A stretch of DNA of 20,000 nucleotides from Mesotaenium endlicherianum (lineage: Eukaryota). The DNA is taken from assembly GCA_009602735.1 (NCBI GenBank), contig WELA01001340.1, forward strand, positions 165,620 to 185,619. Reading direction: 5' to 3'. The position numbers and the translations under genes were made by a program. Positions 8,853-19,499 of the stretch are shown here, piece by piece. Every line of letters begins with the position of its first letter. Position 1 is the stretch's first letter. A model generated the notes under the pieces. That model saw only the letters and a list, made by a program, of their open reading frames with translations. It did no database searches and was not told the origin of the DNA.

Positions 8853-9678
8853 CGGGTTAGACTCTGAAGACTGTTGAAGAATTCTTTGGCAGAGTCTTGA
8901 ATGGTGAGCGACATGAGTCTAAAAAATTCTCGTGACTAGAGGTCGACTTACTATTCTAAATGCACTAAGTACTATATTTTGCACTTGCATGCTGAGAGCT
9001 TGCACAGGGCTGGGTTACATAGTGAGGGAGAGAAGAGAGCTTCTTCTCGACTGAATTGAAAGTAAAAAGGAATAGAGTATGTGCATGAGTCTCTTCTCAT
9101 CTCGAGCTTGCATTGCATTTTCAAACTTGAATTTAATTTAGATTCACATATTTCTCACTGGGACCCGGTTCATGATAAATCGGAGGTACAAATGGGCAAA
9201 AGAAAACTGAAAATCGTCAGAGCCTTCGTGGTTCAATGAGAGGACTTGCGTTTCTCCCATATAGATCTGCCTTAAGCTCCTTCGCCTCGAACTACCCAGC
9301 CCGAGCGGTTTGTCTTCAGAAGTATCTACTCTGCAGTTCCGACACAGCGAACTATTCTTTCGCCTTTTACTAAAGAATACCGTGCCGGATTTGCGCAAAG
9401 GAGTATACTCCAATTTTTGGGAGCTTCTAACGAAGCACACCTCCAAAGAAATGAAAAATGGAGAAGGAATTGCAATTGGAAAACCGTGCTGTCTACTGAT
9501 AAAGCCTCATTAACATTTCTGGCATGAAAGAGCTTGGTGTGATAGAGGCACGTGGGACTCCCTTGGTATTAGAAGGCGCGGTGGCTACAACTGAAGACTA
9601 TGACATGCTCCCGACTAGTCTTAATCACTGTCTAAACTTTTTTTCTCCCGATCTGGCTACTAACCTTCTCAATTAGTG

Positions 9679-10012
9679 ATGGAAGCAGAGCCCCAAACTA
9701 AAAAAGCACGCCTTGAGCCTCCTTCGTCTCAGGGTAAGGCTGCACATGAAGATAAAGAAAACAAATCTGCTTCTGCAGTACAAGGAGGGCTTGTGGACAG
9801 ATTTGTCATTACCACAGCATTATGCGAGGATGACGTCAAATTTAATTCGACCATTCTAGCTACGGATGGAGATGGCTCTGTTGCACCATCCGAAGTTCAA
9901 ATGCCCCCTTGGGAGCAGCACAGTGCTGTCATTAACATGGCCCGATTCGACTACAGGGCTGGAGCTGCCCTCCTAGAAGGCCGGGCGGGATTTCTCCTTA
10001 CCTGTCCTTTTC
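9679..10012 (+). CDS. THUMP gene coding exon 1
   Basis: ATG 9679 with upstream in-frame TAA 9661-9663; ends GFLLTCPF, donor GTAAGT at 10013 (phase 1). Confidence 0.87.
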
Positions 10013-13000
10013 GTAAGTCTTAGCATCCGTCACGTTCTGGACACCCTCTAGGCAGATGCCAGCCTACAACTCACAGGGAGGCCACCATGTCTTCTTCCAC
10101 CTACTAAATGCTACTGCATCCAAAGATTTGCTGCTCAGCAGGCTGATAGCAGGCAGTGGCTTCGGCTGAAGTTGGCATTGCAAGAGCTTCTAGCAGCTGA
10201 CTGAGCAGGTCATATCCTCTCTCAGCATGAGGAGGCTCATTGACAGCAGCCCATAGCTGAGGCCAGTTTGCTTTGCCTTCACAGTTCCGGGGGGTTGGCT
10301 GGGGCTTTAGCTGGCAAAACTATTCTGGCTGTGCTGGGGCTTTAGCTGGCAAAACCACTTTGGCTGTGTAGAAAGATGCTGGATTCTGTGACCTCATCTG
10401 TTGCCGAGGGTGCTGTTCTCATGGACTTGATGCAGGGCGCGAGAAGAGTGCGACAAACGAAGCCCTTGCCATTCTGCCCCAGGTAATACAAGAAGAGGAT
10501 AAATATGAGTAAGGAAATTGTGCTAAGTACGATAGGGATTATGGCATGCCATCCTCTTTCTGAGCCTCAAACTCTTGACCCCCATCACATTCTTCAGCTT
10601 CAGTTGCTGAGCTTGTTATATGAAGACGCTCATCAGAGGGGGGGAAATGCCCCCTAAGAAAGGGGTGTGTTGCATACATTATGATGGTAAATTGAGGTAG
10701 AGCACGCGTACATCTTCGGGCTTGAGCATGCCGCAAGTCACATGTATGAGCTGTGGTAGAATGCGTTGCATGGTGCAGAGTGTGATTTGACCGTTTCGTC
10801 TTCCGCGTTTTTATGTCTTCTTCCAGTACATACAAAGCATGGGCCAGAGCCGGGGCACAGAAGCAGCAGAAGCAGCAGGTGGTGCAAATGCTCCCCTGTC
10901 AGCCAGGAGGGGGGCAGCAGCTGCAGGTGCTCAAGAGCTTGTGGGCGAGCCCAGTGGCACGGTGACAGCTGGCAGCGGCCTTGGCCGTGGTGCTGACTCA
11001 GGTGAGCCTGCAGGCTTGGGTGGAGCCAACCAGGATGCGTCCACATCAGCGGCTGAGAATCTGACAGCGGTGGTTCAGCAAGAGCAAGCACGTGGAGCTG
11101 GAGGACTGAATGGCACTGGAGGCTTGCAGATCTCAGCATACTCGGGAGCAGCAGCCTTGGGAGCCGTAGCTGTGGATGCTGCAGGTTCCGCAGCGGTAGG
11201 CTCGAAAGCTGAGGCTGGGGGGGGGAGTCCTGCAAGTGTGGAAGCTGGACCAGCTCCGGTAACAGGTTTGGCAGCGGCAGGAGGGGGAAGAGGGGCAGTG
11301 GAGGCAGGTGTGGAGTCAGCATGTACGGGGCGAGGTCGCCGGGGCAAGAAAGGAGGTCGGGGAGGTGGCTCGGTTCCTGGTTCGGTCGTAGACTCGGGGC
11401 TTACTCTGGTTAAGCTGGGCAGCATGGGCATAGTTTTTCTGATTCTGCCCGAGTCCTTTTTGCACTGCCCGACGGAGGTGGTCAGGAAGCTTCTGGAAGA
11501 TGTGCAGAGCGGCAAGCAGAAGCCCCTCGAGTGAGTCCCATCCCCCCCCCCCCNNNNNNNNNNNNNNNNNNNNNNNNNNNNNNNNNNNNNNNNNNNNNNN
11601 NNNNNNNNNNNNNNNNNNNNNNNNNNNNNNNNNNNNNNNNNNNNNNNNNNNNNNNNNNNNNNNNNNNNNNNNCCCCCGGCGGTCGTTTCCACCTCCTCCT
11701 TCTCCTCCCCCTGTGTGCTTGAATCCGAAGTCTAGAGCCCACATTGTCTGACACAGCTGACTTGGCATGGACTGGCCAACTCATAGATGGGTGTTGGAGC
11801 AAGTTTTTTTTCTCGACGATCACACATCGAGTTTGTAGCGAGTTTGAACTGGAATTGGACTTGCAAGTACGTCCCACAGACACGCACGCCAATGCGATGA
11901 CGGGATACCTTCTCTTGTAGAGTCGTTTGTGGAAGGCTCTGTCAGGAACGTCGTAGCAAAAAGGAGACTATAGAGGGGCAGAGAACGGCGAGGGCATAAC
12001 ACGATGACTCTTGGGAAGCATCAGCAGTTTGGCTTGGGTGTAGGGCTCGGGTTTAAGGTTTATGGAGAAACTCAGGTGTAAATGATTGACTGGAAAGGGA
12101 TATGTTATGCCCCGGCTGGTACTGCCAGCTGGCACCTGCACTGCAGACCTGCACCTGTCACCGTATTGGATGCTCATCGTCAGCGCATTCTTGGCGCCAT
12201 CTGTCCCCAGACATCAAACGTTTTGTCGGGAGTTGTAATTTGGTTACCAAAAACGAAGCCTGCCAGGGCGTGCTTTTCCGTTTTCTTGTTTTGTTTTGTT
12301 TAGTTTTTCCTTTTCTGAGAACAAATAGAGCACACGGGATGACAAGCAGGAAAAAGGGCGCGTGTGTGGCCCGATGGCACTTTTTGGGCCTTTCACACAT
12401 TTTGTCTGGAGTATGCGAGTCACATATTTTGCAACAAGACTTAGCTTTGCCCTCCAACGCCAGGCCAAGCCACAGCAGATGCCTCTCTTGCGTGCATGGC
12501 GTGACAAGTGTTGCCAAGGAAATCCAAGCCACTGTGTCTGCGTGCACAACTGCACATTTTGTTGGTGGATCCACGTCTTGAAGTTTCTATACGCATGCAT
12601 GCCAAACATATCTGTGGTTCAAAGAGGAAAATGGGTCATTAGGGTACAGGAAGAGAAGCATGATAAGATAAAAGTATGAATTATATATTTGCAGTAATGT
12701 GGGTGTGCATGTGTTGTGTGCGTGTGTGTGTGTGTGCGTGTGTGTGTGTGCGCGTGTGTGTGTGTGCGCGTGTGTGTGTGCGTGTGTGTGTGTGCGTGTG
12801 TATGTACTTTCCGCAATTAGGCTTTCTTCACATCATCCAACCTCCACGTTATTCTGATCCCCGTCTCCTTCTCCCAGTATTCCCACTAAATTGCGTGCCT
12901 CGTCTGCTTGCCAGGTGGTGCCAGCGCATGCTACCAGTGCAAGCCACGTGTCCCATCCATAGTGATGCAATCAGAGCCTCCGTGGCACGCCTGCTGGAGG

Positions 13001-13079
13001 CTCATTTGCAGAGGGCCGACGACATGCCGCCATCTGGCACACTCAAGGTGCACGTCCCTCTGCCACCTGCATGCTCTCG

Positions 13080-13130
<51 letters not shown>

Positions 13131-14751
13131 TTTTCCTCTCTCTCTTGCACTTTTGCCGCCCATTGTCCTGAAGCTCATCAGATTGTACGCGTACACTTTC
13201 TCTTTTCTACACGCATATGAAGAGGCATATTGTCTTGAAGTCTACCTTGTAGTTAGGATCATGCGACAAGCTTACACAGAGTGGGCATGCAAACAGTTGT
13301 GGTGGTGCACGTGTTTTGCTTTTCTGACAGACGGCAACTGAATGCTTTTCTTTTCCCTCTCTACTTGTTCCGTGGCGCAGTTTGGGGTCACCTTCAAAAA
13401 GAGGGGCCCAGAGGATGATGTCAAAACTCCCTCAGGTGCCACGTCAACCCCAGGTGCCAGCCGGGCAACCGACGCCACGTCAGGCGCCACGTCAGAGGGC
13501 CAGCCAGAACCAGGGGCTTCCGCCGTCACGGATGAGAAAGTGAAGGAGGACGAGGGTGCAGGACAGCTGGCAAAGGGGGAGTGCATAAAGGTGGCGGCCG
13601 CTGCAGTGGAGCAAGTGGCGGCTGCACGCGGCCTCACGGCGGCCGTCGATTTGACTTCTCCCGATGTACGTCCTTGCAATACATTTGTTTCAGACTCTTA
13701 AACAGCCGGCTGCCGCACTTCACATTCCCTGGACGACGTGGATGATGTATGACATGTCAGCAGGCAACGATTAAATCACCAAGCTCCGCTGTAGTTCGGT
13801 GTCCGGTGTCCAATTTCCGATGTCGGATGTCCGATTCCCAATGTCCGATGTCCGGTGTCCGGTGTCCGATTCCCGATGTCCGATGTCCGATGTCCGATTT
13901 CCGATTTCCGATTTCCGATTTCCGATTTCCAATTTCCAATTTCCAATTTTCGATCTCTGAGCTACGAAGTCTCACGCGTGAGCCTCCCTCCGCCTTCCCA
14001 GTGTGGCTCCTCGGGCTCTGGGCCGCAGCGAGTCCTACGCCAAGCTGCTGTTGATGTGGCATTCTTCGATGAGGGCTCTTCTCGGCACCTGCTGTCAGAG
14101 ACTGGGTGCATCTGGTTCTGCTTCTGCAGTCGCACATCGATGGTGGGCCCGAGCATGGGTAATAGCACTTTTTGGATTCGGGGACAGAGTTGCGGTAAAT
14201 TATCAATTGCGCGAAGCAGTATTGTTCTTGCTGATTTTGTTCAGCCTGAGGGGTTGTGCGAGGGATCGAAAAGAACAATGATGGTATTTGCGGTCTGGCT
14301 TGCAAGTTGGGCAAATATGTTTTTTTGTTGAATATTGGAAATAATTGCATAGTTGGCAGCCCATGGGTGCGAACTTATGATGTTCTTCTCGTGTGAATCT
14401 GAGCCCATCATTTCGCGCTCTCCTTCTGTTGTGCTGCCTCAGGCCTGGTGTTCTCGCTGTATGCGTTGAGTGCAGCCTCTGCGCCTGCACCTTGCGTGTG
14501 AGCTTGTGGCCTCGACTCAGCGCGGCCAGTGTGAATGCATGCTGTCGAATGACGAGCTTTCATCCCATCGTCTCGCGTGCTGCTGCCAGGTGGCGGTGGT
14601 GGTGGAGATCCTGCCGCTGGCGCAGAGCGAGAGCGTGTGCGCGGTGTCGGTGCTGCCGGCCGCTCTGGTGGAGGTCAAGCCGCGCCTGCTCGTCAAGTCC
14701 CTGGCCAAGGCTGGGGGGCGCGTGCGCCAGAAAGGGCTGCGGCGCTGCTAG
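9679..14751 (+). CDS. Plant-type THUMP-domain RNA-binding protein, 6 coding exons, 554 aa
   Basis: join(9679..10012,10436..10482,10827..11530,12915..13047,13381..13665,14590..14751) = 1665 nt, all GT-AG introns with consistent phases. Motifs PWEQHSAVI..RFDY, GFLLTC..RREKSAT, LVKL, WCQRMLPVQATC, KFGVTFKKRG, VDLTSPD, SVLP..LV..KPRL match my recollection of the Arabidopsis At1g09290-type THUMP family. Confidence 0.88.
10298..10368. repeat. 35-bp tandem duplication in intron 1
   Basis: GCTGGGGCTTTAGCTGGCAAAAC...TGGCTGT twice (starts 10298, 10333). Confidence 0.9.
10436..10482 (+). CDS. THUMP gene coding exon 2
   Basis: Acceptor TGCAG, encodes RREKSATNEALAILPQ, donor GTAATA at 10483. Confidence 0.87.
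10827..11530 (+). CDS. THUMP gene coding exon 3
   Basis: Polypyrimidine + CCAG acceptor; Ala/Gly-rich stretch then LTLVKLGSMGIVFL...SGKQKPL; donor GTGAGT at 11531 (phase 2). Confidence 0.82.
11554..11672. other. Assembly gap (N run) within poly-C tract, intron 3
   Basis: Ns flanked by C runs. Confidence 0.99.
12702..12803. repeat. (GT)n/(GC) microsatellite
   Basis: Direct inspection. Confidence 0.95.
12915..13047 (+). CDS. THUMP gene coding exon 4
   Basis: Acceptor GCCAG; WCQRMLPVQATC...SGTLK; donor GTGCAC at 13048. Confidence 0.87.
13074..13130. repeat. (CT)n(CA)n compound microsatellite
   Basis: Direct inspection. Confidence 0.95.
13381..13665 (+). CDS. THUMP gene coding exon 5
   Basis: Acceptor GCGCAG; FGVTFKKRG...AAVDLTSPD; donor GTACGT at 13666. 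Confidence 0.87.
13800..13953. repeat. 7-bp minisatellite, 22 units (TGTCCGG/TGTCCGA/TTTCCGA/TTTCCAA) in intron 5
   Basis: Counted 22 consecutive 7-mers with no indels. Confidence 0.95.
14590..14751 (+). CDS. THUMP gene coding exon 6 (terminal)
   Basis: Acceptor GCCAG; VAVVVEILPL...AVSVLPAALVEVKPRLLVKSL; TAG 14749-14751 (exact C-terminus depends on G-run 14713-14718). Confidence 0.82.
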   Translation: MAVVVEILPLAQSESVCAVSVLPAALVEVKPRLLVKSLAKAGGRVRQKGLRRC

Positions 14752-14910
14752 AGCCGTTGGCCAAGGTCAAGGGGGGGCAATTTGCGCCAAGAAGGGCTCC
14801 CACGCTGCTAGGGCCGTGAGCGGGGGGGGCGGGNNNNNNNNNNNNNNNNNNNNNNNNGGGGGTAAGGTGGCGCCAAGAAGGGCTCTGGTGCTGCTAGAGC
14901 AGGCGGCCGA
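14703..14910. repeat. Degenerate ~60-bp tandem repeat spanning the THUMP stop codon
   Basis: Core GCGCCA..AAGGGCT....GCTGCTAG.GC at 14723, 14783 and 14869 (the last after the N gap). Confidence 0.8.
14834..14857. other. Assembly gap (N run) within poly-G tract
   Basis: Ns flanked by G runs. Confidence 0.99.
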
Positions 14911-15869
14911 GGTCGGTTGGGTGCGAGTGTGGCAAAGAGGGTTCCATTGCTACGAGGATGCGCGCAGCTTCCTATAGATGGAGAGAGACGGAGCTGAAGG
15001 GGGGGCTGGGGGAAGGCGGGAATTGCTGGCCGGCTGGCTGGCTGGCTGGCTTGCTTGATGAGGGCATGGACAGGGACTGGACTGGCGGGGTGAGGAAAGG
15101 AGATGGGAAGGGGGGAGAGGGCAGGTGGGGGATGTGCATGGGCAGAGCTTGGAGAAATAGGGCTCTGGGCATAAGGTGGGGGGGGTGAATGCACCCCCCC
15201 AGGAGAGTAGAGCAAGTTGTCCTATCAGCTTGCTGGGGTTCGAGCCTGGTGGGGTCGCACTTGAGCCCTTGTTGTCGGGCTTTGCCAGGTGGCAGCGCAG
15301 CGGAATAGGAGAGGAGCTTCCGTGGCCAGAGCCGTGCACGCTGAGGGGGGACTGGAAGGGCTTCTTGTTCTGCAGAAGAAGAGGGGGAAGACTCTCCTCT
15401 TTTGTGAGGCTGCAAGTGTGCCTTGTCCTCACCGAAGCACGCAGAAGAGGGGGTCAAGAAATGCGACAGTGGGGGTAAGGAGAGTGGGAGGGGCGCACCA
15501 GGGGGCGCTCGGGGTGGGGGTAGGGGGAGAGGGGAAGGGAGGCCAAAGGTTGGAGAGGTTCTAGAATGACTGTATTTAGGGTTCAGCTTCTTCTGGCGCA
15601 AATGGCAGAAGGTGTGGGGAGGGCCGGCCCTCTGGCAAACGGGTGTCAGAGGAAGGTCAAGTAAAGGAAGTGGAGGCTTTGCTTCTATGCCGCTACTTCT
15701 CTCCAGCCCCAGGGCCGGTTGTTTCTCTCCACCATGCAGCTTCCTTCCACCTTGGACGAAGGCAGCCGCTGGCTCCACTCCCGAGGCAGAGAGACGGGGG
15801 GGTGCAGGGAGCATCCCACCCGCTCTCTGTGTCGTGTGTGTCCCCTGAATTGGTAAGTTGAGCGGCGAT

Positions 15870-15992
15870 CACCTGCTTGTTTGCTTTGCCTGCCTGTGTC
15901 ACCTGCTTGCGTCTCCAGCCTGTGTCACCAGCTTGCGTCTCCTGCCTTGTGTCACCTGCTTGCGTCTCCTGCTTGTGTTACCTACTTGCGTC
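15870..15992. repeat. 26-27-bp minisatellite built from 13-bp dimers
   Basis: CACCTGCTTGCGT-CTCCTGCCTGTGT, about 4.5 copies. Confidence 0.9.
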
Positions 15993-17951
15993 CAATCATG
16001 GCATTTGTGGGATGGTGTTGATGACACAGTTAGCCGCCTATGGCTTGTACAAGTCTCTGTCTGTAGCGTTGTGACTTTCAAGAGAGGGAGGGAGAGAGAG
16101 GGAAAGGAGTCCCTCCCACCTGGGCAGGTGCAAGCTCCTCATCTATACGAGCACTTCCCGTGTTCTCACTGGAGAGGTGAAGCGGGGGACCTGTGTTTTG
16201 CCGTTGTCGCTATCATCTGCAACATGTAGGGGACTTGCGTTGATCCTGACAGTCAATGCCGTATTACTGCCTGTTGCGTATGAAGGTCGTGACTCGTTCG
16301 TTTGCTTGCTCGTTTGTTCTCTTCTTCGTTCATGTCGCTGATGACCTGGAGCTCGACTGACCACAGTGTGCAAATTATGACTACATTTGCTCCATATTCG
16401 TCCCGAAAATTCTTCGTTATTCTTCTTGTTCTCAGAACGCTGTCTGTCCTTTGCATTTGGCAGAGTCTCAACGATGAGGGCGTCAGCACCATGCATAAGA
16501 GCCCAGGTCGTGGCACCCCCTACGATGGCCACCTGTTGCGTGCTCCTGATGTTAATGTTGACCGTACTTGCTTCATTAGCTGCCAGGCAGGCAAAGACGT
16601 CGTAGAAAGTTGTGTAAAATGTCATGGGGCCTTAACTGGAGCCTGGGCACGCCCTTGAGGCTGACTATTGCATTCTTAGTTACATACTCACTTAGTGCAT
16701 TTGTGCATGGCCCGTAGACCGAAGGTAGATACACATTTTCTTTGTAATTACTTAAGATTAGTACGCAAGCAGGATCATCGTCCTTCATTCTTCAACCTCA
16801 AAAGCTGCAGAAGAATGGAAAATTTAGATTGTTATCAATATTGGTGTCACAGAAGTTAGCCGCAAAGCACTCGTGCACATTCAGAAGGCTAGTATGCATT
16901 TCGTCGTACGTTTCTCCCCTCTTAATATCTCTTCCAAAAAAAACCTTCAGGATCTGATAATTGCTTGTCTACTAGGTAAGTACATATTTGTGGGTCTCTC
17001 CCAAAGTCAAAGGCAAGGTCAACCCGCCGAGACACAATGGTACCACTTGCGCTGCTTCCATATATTACAGGGACACCAATTGAAATTCTCAAAATATGTT
17101 TTTCCGGTAGCTTCCACCGTCTACTCCACCATAGCCTCAACCTTCCCTTCCACAGGCAAACCCACTGCACACAGTCGTACAAATCAAACGTACACGTGAA
17201 TGAGTAGCTAAAACAATCACCGTGCAATAAGCACTCCATCCAAAAGCCACGAGTCAGATGGCCGATGCATCTTGAGCACAGGCGCGGGCATGGGCGGACC
17301 AGCCTGATTGTGTTGTCGTGACACGTCATACACATCGTCTTACGTTGCCACGTGTCGTGACACGAGGCCCTTGACAGTGTGCTAGAATCACATGAAAGAC
17401 GGCAATTCGTACAGCACATTACACAGCGCACGTTGGTGGCTCACACAAACGACGACACATGGCACGTCACAGAGACCCTGCAGCTGGGCAACTTCTAGTC
17501 TTCCAGAAGCAATGTCCACTTCATTATTGTCATCGAACAGACTACCAATGCAAGAAATGCAAGAAGAGACGGGTTATCAAATGCAGAACCGAGCTCGGAC
17601 CCCACCTCCCAACACTGACGCGAGCCGCATCACAGAAGGCTTTGATGTTGGTTCCAAATCTGCGCGGAGCTGCAAACTCCACTCTCACAAACCGACCCCA
17701 AGCGTGGCCTATAACTTGATCCAACAAATCACCCCACCCCACCCCACCCCACCCCTACATCCTCTCACGCCCTCTCAGAAATACGAGGTATAGGAGGAGA
17801 CGCCGCCATGGCCAAGCTATGGACCCCACGTTTGGCGGCTGGTAGGCCGCTGCTCTTTGCCCGCGCACAACGCACACCCTCCTCCGCACGACACCCCTTC
17901 CCAGCCCCCTAACGATAACAAGCCACGTAGCAAGCCCGCTCCTGTCCCTTA

Positions 17952-18212
17952 CCTCTCCCAGACCACACTTCCACGGCCATGTCACACTCTCCCACCCCCT
18001 CAATGAGAAATGAAAACCTTGGCCACAGCCAGCCAGGCCGGCCTCCTCTGTCCGCTCAAACACACGCCCTCTCCCAGGCCACACTCTCCCTCGCCAATGT
18101 GACACTCTCTCACTTCCTCAATGAGAAACGAAAAGTCTGGCCACAGCCAGCCAAGCCGGCCGCCCGCCTCTGTCCGCTCAAACACACGCCCTCTCCCAGA
18201 CCACACCCTCCC
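17952..18212. repeat. ~120-bp tandem repeat, about 2.2 copies
   Basis: CCTCTCCCAG.CCACAC at 17952, 18068, 18190; CAATGAGAAA at 18001, 18119; CCTCTGTCCGCTCAAACACACGCC twice. Confidence 0.9.
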
Positions 18213-18420
18213 CAGTTTTCTCAAAAGCAGCCCCGCCACGGCCGCACAGCACCCGCATGTGCCCCACGGCCCTCCCTCTCACATGAACGCGCGCTCTGTC
18301 GCAGAGCGCCCTCTCTCGCAACCTCAGTCCCACGCCCCAGGGAAGAGGCCAAACGAGTCAAAAAAACCTCGCTGCAGCTGCTCGCAACAGCGACCCTCCC
18401 CCAAGGGCGCGCGCCGTGCT

Positions 18421-18556
18421 GCATGTCATAGACCGATTCACGGCCGACGGTGGGCCCTCCTCACAGCGGCGTGTCACAGACTAGCTCACGCCCGACGACG
18501 ACGACAACACCGCCGCGCTGCGCGTCAGAGACCGACGCAAGTCCGACGAGGGGCCA
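18421..18556. repeat. Three diverged copies of a ~29-bp core at 48-51 bp spacing
   Basis: GC..GTCA.AGAC.....CA.G.CCGACG at 18421, 18469, 18520 (ungapped). Confidence 0.75.
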
Positions 18557-19104
18557 CGCCTCGGCGCGCCTTGCTTGAGATTTCACACGGGATTTACGAT
18601 CTGTTGAAAAGGGTACTTTGTCGAGAGATGTGGAGGTACTTTGTTGTACTGCAGAGCAAGGCGCGGATGTGGTCCCCGCTAATGGCTATGTGACGAGGGC
18701 CTGACCCTGAACTACCGACCTTGCTGCGGACCGGCGGCACCCTCACTATCGGCACAATATTACAGTGGCGCGCGCACCGGTGGCGCGCACACTGGTGGCA
18801 CACAGTCGTGGCACTGGCACTCGTGGCAATGTGTAATCGAGGAACAACTTTCCTACAGTCAAGCTCCTCTCAGCTTCCCTCCAGATGAGCAAACTGAATG
18901 CAACACTCTTGTTCCTGTTCCTGCAGCCAAACTACAGCCAAACGATTGCTCCTCACAATTGGAACCCCTTCACGCACCACAGGGGACCAACGCCCTAATC
19001 CCAGAGTTGCCCCTCCCCCGGGATCGGCGGCCTGCAGATAACCTCCGCCAGCTGTTCTCCTCCGCACCACCCTACTCACAAGCCATGCGTTTTGACGCAC
19101 GCGC

Positions 19105-19180
19105 TTCTTACAATCTTATATTCTTACATTCTTATATATTCTTACATCATTCATTCTTACAATATCACACATTCTTGTAC
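19105..19180. repeat. AT-rich low-complexity TTCTTA(C/T)A repeat
   Basis: Several TTCTTACA/TCTTATA units. Confidence 0.8.
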
Positions 19181-19319
19181 TTCCCACATTAATCATTTGT
19201 ACATTCTCGAATATTTATGCGTTGAAATCTCTTTACGTCATCACAGCCGTGCGTCAGAAGTCCCTCCCGTCCCGCAAAAGCCCCGAAGCAGTGCAGACAT
19301 GAGGATCTCCACCGTTGAG

Positions 19320-19367
19320 CCCCAATCCAAACCCTACACCAAACCCTAATCATAACCCTAGCCCTAG
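19320..19367. repeat. Degenerate (AACCCT)n telomere-like hexamer tract
   Basis: AAACCCTA twice, AACCCTAGCCCTAG; reads as NPNP in the ORF track. Confidence 0.6.
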
Positions 19368-19440
19368 AACGACCTTCCGCACGGAACAAGAGCCCCCAGG
19401 CATGGCACACCTTGCCCTCACGGTGCATGCCATCACGTCC

Positions 19441-19499
19441 GTGCGTGTATGTGTGTGTGTGCGCGTGTGTGTGTGTGAGTGTGTGCGCGTGCGCGCGCA
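19441..19499. repeat. (GT)n/(GC)n microsatellite
   Basis: Direct inspection. Confidence 0.95.

Larger units (their letters stand above)
7366..9140 (-). mobile_element. 5' remnant of a DIRS/PAT-like (tyrosine recombinase class) retrotransposon; right boundary uncertain
   Basis: Gag-like ORF followed by the N-terminal signature of DIRS-type RT; both recognised from family motifs, not by database search. YR, RNaseH and terminal repeats not visible. Confidence 0.72.

Noticed and set aside
10738..11892. Minus-strand Pro/Ala-rich ORFs
   Set aside because: Antisense to GC-rich THUMP exon 3 and artificially extended through the N gap.
13749..14350. ORFs with SDFRFPI / IGNRKSE repeats
   Set aside because: Translations of the intronic 7-bp minisatellite.
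14808..15902. Long Pro-rich or Gly-rich ORFs
   Set aside because: Arise from G-rich low-complexity sequence; no recognisable domain or consistent exon chain found.
18421..18556. CRISPR-like repeat-spacer pattern
   Set aside because: Only three degenerate copies, spacers 1 and 3 resemble each other, eukaryotic context, no cas genes.
19320..19367. True telomere or telomeric array
   Set aside because: Short, degenerate, hexamer-phased and internal.
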